Shown here: piece after piece, positions 48,265 through 60,494 of the stretch
Layout of the letters: each line of letters begins with the position of its first letter
How positions within the stretch are numbered: position 1 is the first letter of the stretch
NCBI GenBank assembly: GCA_002269645.1
Contig: NIVC01001525.1
Location: 62,001-126,000, forward strand
Length of the DNA stretch: 64,000 nt
Reading direction: 5' to 3'
Origin: Macrostomum lignano
Taxonomy: Eukaryota
Translations under genes and position numbers: made by a program
The notes under the pieces: generated by a model
What the model was told of the DNA's origin: nothing
The model's input: the letters and a program-made list of their open reading frames with translations, nothing else
Databases searched by the model: none

Positions 48265-50885
48265 TCAGGTGAGCATGAGAAGCTCCAGCTGCTTGAAGCT
48301 GTAGTACCATCCATCAGTGATGTTTTTGGGAGCATTGCAAGCCCAGGCGATGCCCTTGGCTCGGTCTGCAACTGGCAAATTCAGCGCCGTCGGGTAGTTG
48401 AAGTACTTGCCGAACGGACCGGAGTTGTGGCAGCAACCGTGCCAGTGAGGCTGCTCGTATTTAACTGCACAGTTGTGATGGCAGTTGCTCCATCCGCGAT
48501 CTCGAGTGACGAACTGCCTGTTCAAGCCTTGGAACAGACAGTTTCCAAGGCCACCAGCAGGTGCGTATGTAGAGTTAGACACCGTGTAGTTGGTGCTCTC
48601 GGCCAGAATGAGCAAGTTCAGGTAGTAGGCGTAGATGTAGGTGTCGTTCCAGTACAGCAGGTCGACGCGGAACCGGTTGTTGTTGGGCTGAGCGCTGGTC
48701 CGGTTGTGCAGCCACTCCAGGCCTGGCGTTTTGAGATTTGAAGGTACGAGCTGAGAAATTTGCTGAACCCTTTCAAATGATGGAGCTTGCTGTTTTGTCT
48801 TAATGTTCTAACCAGTAGTTGGATGAGGCATGGGTTTGACTGAAATAGCACCTACTTTTAGCTAAAATTACTGATTCAGGGATTCGGGAATTAAAGACGA
48901 ATCAAGCATCATTTATTAAGACTTGATTAAGTAGCCCTTGATGGGAACAGGTACGATAGAAAGAGAAGAAAGGGGATTGCTGTTAGTAAATATATATGTA
49001 GATTTGGTAGTTGGTATGCAGAATTCCGTGGGACGCTTAGAGCTTTACTTTATTTGTATTGAGCTGACGCTCCCGCTTTGTTTACTCCAAGTAGCATGGC
49101 ATCTGCAATTAAGGCATTTGCGGTAACTGTAGCTTTGAGAGGCTAGACTAGGTCAATAAAGAATGAATCTATCGTAATTGCAAGCGGAGCAAAAGAACCG
49201 CTATAATACGCTTAAGCTAAAGGCTACAAAGTGTTATATCCTCTTTCTTCTTAAGTATTTGCGCCAGGAATTAACCAAAGATTCCATAGAATTAGAAAAC
49301 AGTTTGGGACCCGAGGGAATAAAACCGTGCGGCTAGTGGCGTTTCTTTGTGCGGGAGCAAATCAGCCCCAAATGGGCTCTCTGCCGCGGGTGCACCGCAC
49401 TGACCCAATGCCGGAACTGCGGTCTCAATGAGCGCAGGTACAAAAACCTCCCCTCAAGCAGGGTACAGCAAAGCAGCCAACGAGAGCCATTAATAAAGCG
49501 AACACAGGAGGTAGCGAACACTTGATCCAGCTCATGGGTAAAGAGACCATCCTTAAAGTGCAGAACACATGTTCCCAGCCTAGGATCCCCGAACTTCCGG
49601 TGGGTCTCACCAGAAGGGTACCAACTTCTGGGCTCCTGTCTTCCAGCTGTCGCTTATTATTATTCAAAAAACAGTAGCCCCAGACCAACTGACCAAAATT
49701 CCAGCAGTAAGGATCTGAAGCAATACCGGATCATCTTACCAGCAAAGTAGTTGCTGTGATAAGTGCCGAAGCCGGTCTTGTACTCGGCCCAGAGCCGGTC
49801 GAAGTTTAACGCGTCCGACACTCGCAGGTTGACGGTCTCGAAGCACTGCCGAGTGCCCACAGTGTAGAACTCCTGGATTAGCGATTTCGTGAAAACATTA
49901 AAATATTTTTTGTCATAGAAACCGTCGTGGACTGTCGGTGACATCGACCAACAGCGCTGATGCAGTATCCTGTGCAATACAGAATACACAGATACACAGA
50001 TACACATGCACACAGAAACGCACTCAAACACACGTCCACTCAGAGGCGTTGAATTTCTAAGCGTCAAGCATGTAACCTACTAGGCGTTGGTTCTCATCGA
50101 TGCGAGTTATAGAAAAGACCACACAGCTAAGTTTTTCAAAACTTGCTGTAAGTTTTGCCACAAAAGATTAATATGCATTATGCATATATTCTACCAACTT
50201 TGGTTACATGACTTATTTTGTGAGAACCCACTTCAGTTTGGTGATAGTGGCTGTAGAGCCATGTTCCGGCCTCTGCTTCCTACAAGAAGCTCATCTGGAT
50301 TTGATTGTTTCTGGCTCCTCGCATTATGGCTCGTGGTAGCTTGTAATGAGTCCAACGTGATCAAATTTCGTTACTCGTGAGGAACTAACCGAGTAGACGC
50401 TCGATGTCTGTCATTATTCATTTTCGCAAACTCACCAAGTAGGAGGCCGCTGTTAGTGCCTCTGAGCACCTGCTGCTCAAAGTTGCGAGCCTTCCAGATC
50501 TTCACACCGTGCTCAAGCCGAAACTCCCTAGCAACGAAGCTGCCGTTGCTCAGGCTGGGCTCTATCGCACTGTTGATGACTAGCATTTGGCATTCGAGCA
50601 TTGCCACTTCCTTGAGGACATCTCCGAGCACTTCATCAGGCAGTGCGAGTTCATGTGCAGGCCAGTCCCATTGAGAAGCTTGCTGCTCACGTAGTTGCCG
50701 ATGCTGATGGAGTCGCTGGTCACCCGATCGTAGGTGCGAGCAGTTATGGCGCTGTTAGCGGAGGTGGCCACAACTAAAATGGGTGTTAGTAAGTAGTGAG
50801 CGCAGTGCCACATTAGCGAGCCTAATGTGAGCAGCTGGTACAGAAGCAGCAGCAGCAGCTCGGCCTGCTCAGCGTTCAGATTCAT
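48265..50885 (-). pseudogene. Chimeric PAN-fibrinogen gene: Y-type exons 1-2 fused across the duplication junction to X-type exons 4-5
   Basis: 50885-~50437 is Y-like (carries the 16-bp deletion). 49872-49740 and 48722-48265 match the gene X exons. Exon 3 is absent, so phase-1 exon 2 meets phase-0 exon 4. Confidence 0.82.
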
Positions 50886-52512
50886 TGCATGCAGGAGTTG
50901 CTAGGCAAGATTTTTGTATTTGCAGACTGATGTTGCTAGCACAGCTGGTTTCTCTGCTCTGTATGAGGCTTCTAAATAGTGAAATTCCCTCTGCTTCTGT
51001 TTGGAATTCTCAATCCGTCTGTTCCTGAGTGACTGCAAAGCATTTTTTCTTCTTTTCGCAGCTGCTTTTCTTCGAGCCTATCTCCGGTATCACTGTAGCG
51101 GCTCAGCAAATTCTTCATCAGCAGTTGTAGTCTGTGGGAATTTTTCCACGCGTGTAAATGATAGACTCTGCTCAGATAGGCATCTGTTTCTTGCGTTTTA
51201 ATAAAAGTCGTTTTTGTGTATTTATTTCGTTGCTTCGTGAGAATGATTGCATGCCCGACAGCTGTTTTCTCTTACCTGTTCTTACATGTATATCGCCGAA
51301 CGCCCAGCACCTGTTCGCAGCAAGCCTTCATCAAACAGATGAAGACTACCTTTTACGAGTAGTATTACAGCTCATTATTCATAGAGAAATAAATTTGAAG
51401 TAGCTTTTGTGAATAAGCTGAGAACTTGTTTACTCGTGACCCATTGGTTATTTTTTCGAAACAACGGCCACACCAAGCAGCCATTGTCCAATGCAAGCTG
51501 AACCCAGCATTTGTTAATCTCTTCTGCAGAACCTCCAGGCCCGCGTTGATCTTTCGGACCCAAGTGAGTCGACAATGAAGAATACTCAGTTATGAGTGAT
51601 GAATAATCCATCGCTTTCAGGTCTGGTTAAAAGACAGAATAAAGTTGACTACGATGAAAAATGTTCAGAGAGCGATCAGACAGTGCATAGAAAACAGCAG
51701 ACCTCAGTGATTACTCAAAGTCGTATATTTAGGGATAAAAAGTTGACGAGAAAATGTCTGGAACTGTGTGGAAAGTAGACAAGTAGAAAGAATCATTATG
51801 AATGACACCAGAGCTGTCAAAATCATATGTAACCAATTCAATATTCTAGAGGAACTTTCGAGTAAGGTACCTGAAAATATGCCGACAGCAATTAGTTAAT
51901 TAGTTCCGTGATGCTGTCAGGCTGACTTAATTGACACACAGAAACAAGCATGTACGGAAAGAGTACAAAAATCAGTTTGATAGCGGTCATTAAGGCCAGG
52001 GACTCGAGGGCAGACTGGTGTCCTCAGCTGCAGCAGGGCGCATGGACTCAGACAGAATAAAAGTTTAAGAAGCTGACTTATACTTGAGTGTCTAAGGTAC
52101 GAGAACTGGAAATACGAGTTACGATATCACCATGCCAACATAAATGGATAATGGAAAATGTCAATGATATATAATCCCTGGTGAAGCCACAATAAGAGTA
52201 TAAAACACAGGTACCGATTCAAATAGAAGGCACTGGAACAAAAAATTTGTAATCATATTTTCATCAAGGGTAAGAGCTAGACAGACAATAAACAAGTGAT
52301 AGCCCAAATGATTGACCAGAATTATTAAAAGTGCTCTGGAACTGAGATGTGGCAGCAGAACAGAAGAAGTATAGAAGCAGAAAAAAACAGACAGAACTCG
52401 GACAGACGAGCATACAGCAAGGGAAAGCGAGAATAGCGACATCAAAAATATAAAATCTTTATGATACGCGTAGCACTGACTGCCAAGAGACCGATGATGT
52501 AGTTTAAAGAGA

Positions 52513-52866
52513 TCAGTTGAGCATGAGAATCACCAGCTGCTTGAAGCTGTAGTACCATCCATCAGTGATGTTCTTTTGAGCATTTGCAGCCCAAACAATG
52601 CCCTTGGCTCGGTCTACAACAGGCACATTCAGCGCCGTCGGGTAGTTGAAGTACTTGCAAAAGGGACCTGAGCTGTGACAGCACTTGTGCCAGTGAGGCT
52701 GAGCGTATCGAACTGCACAGTTGTGTTGGCAGTCGATCCATCCGCGATCTCGGGTGATGAACTGCCTGTTAACGCCATGGAACATACAGTCTCCGAGGCC
52801 ACCAGTGGGTGCGTATGTAAGGTTTGTCACCGTCCGGTCCGGTCCGGTTGGGCAGCTACTCCAGGC
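52513..52866 (-). pseudogene. Orphan fibrinogen-domain terminal exon (copy B)
   Basis: Duplicate of 44362-44715 (offset 8151). Confidence 0.85.
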
Positions 52867-52980
52867 CTGGCGTTACGAAATTTCGTGGCACTAAAATAAA
52901 GGCGCAGCCATCGCGCAATAAAATGTTATTTAATTAACGCAATTTTTTGCCTTAAGTTCTCTATTTTGCAATGACGGAAA

Positions 52981-53501
52981 AAGCACTAACTTTTAGCCTT
53001 CATTTTGAATTTCGGAGCCAGCAACGACCAATGGGTTCTACCAACAGAATTTACCCTCAAGTGGGTTCCGGGACATGCGGGAATCCGATGAAATGATCTG
53101 GCCGACGCCCTTGTTAAAGTTGGCGAGTCCGGCTTCTTTTTCGGGTTCTAAAATGTGGATCAGGACTCAGCACCGGTCAACTTAGGAGGACTACCTGCAG
53201 GCAATCCAGAGGGGCACTACGAGTACATGTTCCCCAGCTCTCTCACCAGCTCCGGAAGTTCCTTTGGCGCCTCTCGTGAAGAAACATCCGTGCTGCCACC
53301 ATGATCCTCTTAGGTCACGGCTTCTTCTCCAGGCACCAGTATCAGCAAGGCAATACCATCAACGACAGATGTAGTTTTGCAACTCAGATGTCGAAACTGC
53401 TGCTCATTTTGACAGCATCTTTTTGAAGTTCATGCAAGCCACACTCACTTTATCTCGGGACGCACTTATCAATTACTGAAGCGTGCAAACACAAAGACAT
53501 A
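52981..53501 (+). mobile_element. RNase H LINE fragment (copy B)
   Basis: Duplicate of 44830-45350. Confidence 0.72.
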
Positions 53502-54707
53502 AATCAGTTCATGCACTACCTCAGAGACACCCGCAAGTGTGAATTTTCCATTACAGAGAGCAATGTAGCTGATAGCAACACTGGGGACCTCCCTGAGCCA
53601 ACTTCAAAGCGACGCGTCGGCCGATCACAGACTAACGGAGTGGGCGTCCGTGCCTTCACGTTGTGTCCCTTCCGGAACAGCTCTGCAGCTAAGTCTTAGC
53701 TCGTAGTAAGTCGGTGCCTTGTGGGTTGGCCCCGCACGGGTGTGAATCAGAACGAATCAGTGCGAAAATGGCTGGAAAAATGTCTCCAAGCTCAATCAGA
53801 AGTCGATCCATGGATTCACGTCCTGTTTGCCACCCCCGGTCGCTTTCTTTTGACTGGCTGTTGGGTTTAGGGATGGGGGGGGGCAGCAGCATCTCACCTT
53901 AGTTCCTATTTGCTTTCCAGTAACAATGTACAAACACCACGTCCCTTGATGCTGCTGGAGCAGAAAAAATTAGAAATTTTAATGCCGAATCTACGGGGCT
54001 CAACCGGAACTGTGTAAGCACCGAAACTTCCGGTTTTTCCCACGTCAACAACTCTGCCGGACAACAGGGTAGCGGCAAAGCTCCCCTGGCTGACCGCAAA
54101 ACTTCTAGTGCGGCTGGCTACTCCCTTGGAAGAACCTCTGCTCGTGAGAAAACTCTCACGACTGCAGAGAGATCCAAAGCAAAGGCTGCCCGCCAAACCC
54201 ACTAGGCTGAATAATGTATGGCTCAGAGCCAGCCAGCCCTAATTATTCAAGGCCAAGAGATGTCCTCCTTTCAGCTGAACAGCTCAACTAAATCTGGCGG
54301 ACCCCGCTGCGGACACCGGCTGCACCGGATCTCCATGCGTGACACCGCAGCACCAGCTGCCTGGGGTCGCCAGGGCTGAATGGTATGGGCGTCAACGCCT
54401 CCCCGCTGCATCCGGATGCCCGGAACACCTGTAGCTGAGTAAAGTAAGTAAATTACAGACAGCGCGGTTACATTATTGACCAAACTTTTGAAATTTGAAA
54501 TTTGAAAAATGTACAATTTTTTCGATTAAATTCAAAATTGATTATCAAATGAACCGCAAAGGGTATATAAAAAATTCAAATTTCTGGCCCTAAATAAGTT
54601 AGCTCGAATTAATATTGCTCTGTTGTTTTACATTCTAACCCGTTGTCAAGTAGCCACGGAGAAAGCTCGGAAACCGCGTTACATGAAATGCTTAAAAAGC
54701 TATTTAA

Positions 54708-55029
54708 AGGCGCCCCTGGTGCTGGCGCCCCTGGTGCTGGCGCCCCTGGTGCTGGCGCCCCTGGTGCTGGCGCCCCTGGTGCTGGCGCCCCTGGTGCTGG
54801 CGCCCCTGGTGCTGGCGCCCCTGGTGCTGGCGCCCCTGGTGCTGGCGCCCCTGGTGCTGGCGCCCCTGGTGCTGGCGCCCCTGGTGCTGGCGCCCCTGGT
54901 GCTGGCGCCCCTGGTGCTGGCGCCCCTGGTGCTGGCGCCCCTGGTGCTGGCGCCCCTGGTGCTGGCGCCCCTGGTGCTGGCGCCCCTGGTGCTGGCGCCC
55001 CTGGTGCTGGCGCCCTAGGTGCTGGCGCC
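54708..55029. repeat. 15-bp VNTR, ~21 units (copy B)
   Basis: Same unit; 270 bp (18 units) shorter than copy A. Confidence 0.98.
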
Positions 55030-56147
55030 ACGAACGTCCTTGCCCTTGCTTGGTGTTGAAGCCATCATTTTTATTCGCGATTTGTACAGACTACTTTGAT
55101 TAGTCAATTTAAAAGCATTACTGCACTCTGCAATCTGCGTTGGCCGGCGTCTGTCGACGAATAACGACATCGTAAGTCGGTTGAACATCAGTGTAATGTA
55201 AATTTACCCCCTTTTCAGCAACGTTCATTCTTCTATAACTTTTTTTATTGACAGCCAAGACACTATAGTAGGCAGGTTGGTCCATATCATACCTTATATA
55301 ATAAGGCAATAGATTAAAACAAAACCTACTGTTTAGTGACAAAGGATCTGCTGACCTTTTCCAGTTACCCGTACTATGTGAAATACTTTGCTTCGGGTTT
55401 AATAGTCTGGCCCACCCCTTAGTTTTCTCTCTCAGTGCGCTTGTGTACTTAAAGGTAAGTAGAAAAAAGCCTGAATGAGAAATGGTACCACACAGCGGGT
55501 GTGTGTGCTTGTTTTGGGTTCAACGCTGATTAAAGTCTACGCTAGTATTATATGAATTTGCCGCTACATGTGCCAGAGAGTTATTAGGCAGTGACTCGAA
55601 GTGCAGACTTCAGTGACTGTTCAAAGTATATTTAAAAATATCAAGTTGGTGCAGAATATGTGTAAGACTTTGCATATAGAGCCCAATAGGAAATAATCAT
55701 TATATAATTTCGAGAAAGGCACCTAAAAATCTCGGCATACCGACAGCCAATAGATAAGTAGTTCCACAAAGCTGTCAGTCTGACTCTATTGACACAGAAA
55801 GAAATGTACGGTACGAGCACAAAAAGCTGAATGACATCAGGATAGAATATGAAAATACAGGTACAAGGATTCAAACAGATGGCACTGAAAATCATTTTTG
55901 TAAAGAGTAAGAGCTAGACAGGTGGTAAACAAGCGATAGCCAAAATAATTGGCCAGAATTTAAAAACAGCTGCAGCTGAAAAGTGACACCAAAGTATAAA
56001 AAGTATAGAAGCAGAAAAAGCAAACAGACGGAACTCGGGACTGAAGGACATCCAGAAAGTTATCCAAGAAAAATGAAATCGGAAAAAATAAAATCTTTGC
56101 GACCCGCGAAAAACCAGCTGCCGGTTGACCGATGTGGCTTAAAGAAT

Positions 56148-59100
56148 TCAGGTGAGCATGAGAAGCTCCAGCTGCTTGAAGCTGTAGTACCATCCATCAG
56201 TGATGTTTTTGGGAGCATTGCAAGCCCAGGCGATGCCCTTGGCTCGGTCTGCAACTGGCAAATTCAGCGCCGTCGGGTAGTTGAAGTACTTGCCGAACGG
56301 ACCGGAGTTGTGGCAGCAACCGTGCCAGTGAGGCTGCTCGTATTTAACTGCACAGTTGTGATGGCAGTTGCTCCATCCGCGATCTCGAGTGACGAACTGC
56401 CTGTTCAAGCCTTGGAACAGACAGTTTCCAAGGCCACCAGCAGGTGCGTATGTAGAGTTAGACACCGTGTAGTTGGTGCTCTCGGCCAGAATGAGCAAGT
56501 TCAGGTAGTAGGCGTAGATGTAGGTGTCGTTCCAGTACAGCAGGTCGACGCGGAACCGGTTGTTGTTGGGCTGAGCGCTGGTCCGGTTGTGCAGCCACTC
56601 CAGGCCTGGCGTTTTGAGATTTGAAGGTACGAGCTGAGAAATTTGCTGAACCCTTTCAAATGATGGAGCTTGCTGTTTTGTCTTAATGTTCTAACCAGTA
56701 GTTGGATGAGGCATGGGTTTGACTGAAATAGCACCTACTTTTAGCTAAAATTACTGATTCAGGGATTCGGGAATTAAAGACGAATCAAGCATCATTTATT
56801 AAGACTTGATTAAGTAGCCCTTGATGGGAACAGGTACGATAGAAAGAGAAGAAAGGGGATTGCTGTTAGTAAATATATATGTAGATTTGGTAGTTGGTAT
56901 GCAGAATTCCGTGGGACGCTTAGAGCTTTACTTTATTTGTATTGAGCTGACGCTCCCGCTTTGTTTACTCCAAGTAGCATGGCATCTGCAATTAAGGCAT
57001 TTGCGGTAACTGTAGCTTTGAGAGGCTAGACTAGGTCAATAAAGAATGAATCTATCGTAATTGCAAGCGGAGCAAAAGAACCGCTATAATACGCTTAAGC
57101 TAAAGGCTACAAAGTGTTATATCCTCTTTCTTCTTAAGTATTTGCGCCAGGAATTAACCAAAGATTCCATAGAATTAGAAAACAGTTTGGGACCCGAGGG
57201 AATAAAACCGTGCGGCTAGTGGCGTTTCTTTGTGCGGGAGCAAATCAGCCCCAAATGGGCTCTCTGCCGCGGGTGCACCGCACTGACCCAATGCCGGAAC
57301 TGCGGTCTCAATGAGCGCAGGTACAAAAACCTCCCCTCAAGCAGGGTACAGCAAAGCAGCCAACGAGAGCCATTAATAAAGCGAACACAGGAGGTAGCGA
57401 ACACTTGATCCAGCTCATGGGTAAAGAGACCATCCTTAAAGTGCAGAACACATGTTCCCAGCCTAGGATCCCCGAACTTCCGGTGGGTCTCACCAGAAGG
57501 GTACCAACTTCTGGGCTCCTGTCTTCCAGCTGTCGCTTATTATTATTCAAAAAACAGTAGCCCCAGACCAACTGACCAAAATTCCAGCAGTAAGGATCTG
57601 AAGCAATACCGGATCATCTTACCAGCAAAGTAGTTGCTGTGATAAGTGCCGAAGCCGGTCTTGTACTCGGCCCAGAGCCGGTCGAAGTTTAACGCGTCCG
57701 ACACTCGCAGGTTGACGGTCTCGAAGCACTGCCGAGTGCCCACAGTGTAGAACTCCTGGATTAGCGATTTCGTGAAAACATTAAAATATTTTTTGTCATA
57801 GAAACCGTCGTGGACTGTCGGTGACATCGACCAACAGCGCTGATGCAGTATCCTGTGCAATACAGAATACACAGATACACAGATACACATGCACACAGAA
57901 ACGCACTCAAACACACGTCCACTCAGAGGCGTTGAATTTCTAAGCGTCAAGCATGTAACCTACTAGGCGTTGGTTCTCATCGATGCGAGTTATAGAAAAG
58001 ACCACACAGCTAAGTTTTTTGAGCAAGCCCTGGGCAACTTAATGCGGCCACACTCGGAATCAAACCAGAAGTCGGTGGCGCAAGAGACACATGCGCGAAC
58101 ACCCAAGCTGCTCCGTTGCAGATAAACTAATCGCTGGCACGAAAACTAACTTGAAAATAACCGGTATCTTCGTCACCAATGCAGACACGCTTTACTCAGC
58201 ACTAACGTGACGCAAAAAGTGCTTTCCCATCACTCACATAGACGGTCAGCTCAGAGCTGTTCGGAGGCTGCTCGAACCAGCGGCACAGCGGGTAGTCGGT
58301 GAGCAAAGAGCAGTTGCTGGAGTTGAACACAATCCCGCGACACGCCAGCAACTCGCTGCACTTGTCAACGCAGCCAATGAGCGATGAGACAGCCGGCTGG
58401 TGCTGAAGGAAGGCGGCGAAGATCTTGACCGAATTGTTGGGAATGTGGACCCGCTTGTGAGTCACGTTTCTAGGAGCCAGGTACTCTGCGGAACGGATGT
58501 TTGGGGTTGGTTTCTATTCTACGCTCTTATACCTCAATTCATCTGCGTTTAGAAGCTGCTAGACAAGCAGATAAAACAGATGGAGTTTGAAATTCATCGC
58601 TTTAATCGGGTTCACCGTCCTGAACAGGAGACAGGCTGCCCGTTGTCTTTTCCCACGAAACCTTTCTTATATGGTAAAAAAGGGTGGCTGGTCTCAGGGT
58701 CGCCGCTTTAAGAGGCTCGATGACGACCAAGCCAGTACTTGTGGCGTCTTTGTTCTGTAATTTTTCTGCTTATTTAATCCACCCCCCGAGAAAATATCGG
58801 CGTTCCTAATCGCGGACACGAAACGCGAGCACCCCAACGAGTCTCAAGCACAGGCTCAGGATAAAACCTAGATTGAATTCCCCGTGTTTACAGTTCATTG
58901 GGGACCTACGAATTAATAAATTATGACAAGTTTGCTCGAAACCGTTTAGTACGAACGTGGCTATTACGTTTATAAGGCTGTAGACTACGACAAGCATAAG
59001 AAAACCAAATTTAAGCGGTACAGTCCTAACAACAATTACAGAAAAGTTAAGTGCGCTCGTTTCAAAAGCATGGAAAGTTCAGAAAACATAAGAGGCGAGC

Positions 59101-59836
59101 TAACAATAAATAGGCAGCCTTGATAATAATACAAAGAAAATTAAAAGGCTCGTAGCCAGTTCAACGCTGGCTAAACATTTTACCACGTCGAGTTTACATC
59201 TTAGTACATGATGTTTTCAGTAACGACGCCGTTGAACGTCAAGTCAAGAACTTTGCTTCACTGGTTGTTGGTTGGTTTCTTTTCATAAGATTCGATGAGA
59301 CTTCATTAGTAATTTTCCAAAACTCACCGAGTAGGCGGCCGCTGTCGGTGCCTCTGAGCACCTGCTGCTCAAAGTCGCGAGCCTTCCAGATCTGCGCCCC
59401 GTCCTCAAGCCGAATCTCCCTAGCAATGAAGCTGCCGTTGCTCAGGCCCGGCTCGCTCGCAGTGTTGATGACGAGCATCCGGCATTCGAGGATCGCGGCT
59501 TCCTTGACGATCGCGACAGCGCAGGACGTCGCCCAGCACTTCATCAGGCAGTGCGAGTTCGTGTGCAGGCCGGTCGCATTGAGCAGCCCGCTGCTGACAT
59601 AGCTTCCAATATCGACTGAGCCGCTGGTCACCTGATCATAGCTGCTGTCGATGACGCCAGCGTAGCTCACAGCTGCAATGGTTTTCAGTGAGTAGTGAGT
59701 GCGATGCATTTTGTGCACAATAATCACAAGTGTCTCCACCAAGGCGGCACTATTTACATGTACGTTCAGACTCACCCATGAGCAGCTGGCACAGAAGCAG
59801 CTGCAGCAGCTCGGACTGCTTTGAGTTCAATTTCAT
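56148..59836 (-). CDS. Secreted signal peptide-PAN-PAN-fibrinogen-related-domain protein (gene X), intact, 5 exons, 414 aa
   Basis: Exons 59836-59776, 59672-59328, 58485-58238, 57755-57623 and 56605-56148 (1245 nt, phases 1,1,0,1). MKLNSKQSELLQLLLCQLLM; HCLMKCWATSCAV; GCVDKCSELLACRGIVFNSSNCSLL; FDRLWAEYKTGFG, GLEWLH, HWHGCCHNSGPFG, GIAW, YSFKQLELLM. Confidence 0.87.
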
Positions 59837-60494
59837 TGCAGACAAGAGCTACTCGGAAGATTGTTGCAATTTTTGGTTGCTGCTGAGGCCAAAGGCGAGG
59901 TCTTCTGCAATGGCGCTCGTCCCTGAGTGGGGCTCCTAAAGTATAGCCGTTTGCATCCTCTCTCCTCAGTTTTCAACCCACGCGTTGCCAAGCAGTTTAG
60001 AAGCTGGCTTTATTCTCGTCGCTCCATCTCTCCCAACGGTTGGTCTGAAAATTCCTAATTAGCAAGCGGGCGCTCGGGAATTTCTTTGAGCAAGTTTTTG
60101 CGTGCATTGTTGGAGAGCTGGGCAAACATCTCTTTTTGGAATTCATGTGTGTTCAAGCTATTGCTTAGCTTGAAAGCTGACTGCCCTCAGTTCTGCTGCT
60201 TCATTAATACGGCATTGCTTAATACGCATCAGTAACTCATTAATAATGTACAGGCGAGGGCTTTTGCACGCAGAATGATTGCAAGCACCAGCCTGAGTCT
60301 CAGCTTTAAAAGAAGTTTTGACTTGTATTAGCTACTAGCAGTCTATTATATTCTGAAGCTTATAAAGAAAACACGGCACTATTTATGAGAACGGATACTT
60401 TTGACTTGTGTTAGTCTACTACTTAAAGTAGTGTTCAGTGCGAGCATTCCTTTTATTTAATGATGCATGTAAGTCTTTGCGCCCGCGCGATTGC

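Larger units (their letters stand above)
41963..58020. repeat. Tandem segmental duplication: unit A ~41963-50136, unit B ~50137-58020
   Basis: Paired ORFs are offset by 8168, 8151-8153, then 7883 after the VNTR. Junction at GCTAAGTTTTT|CAAAACTTGCTG (~50136). Confidence 0.95.

Noticed and set aside
48100-48741. 213-aa plus-strand ORF (also 55983..56624)
   Set aside because: Antisense shadow of the fibrinogen-domain exon, whose minus-strand frame carries the conserved motifs.
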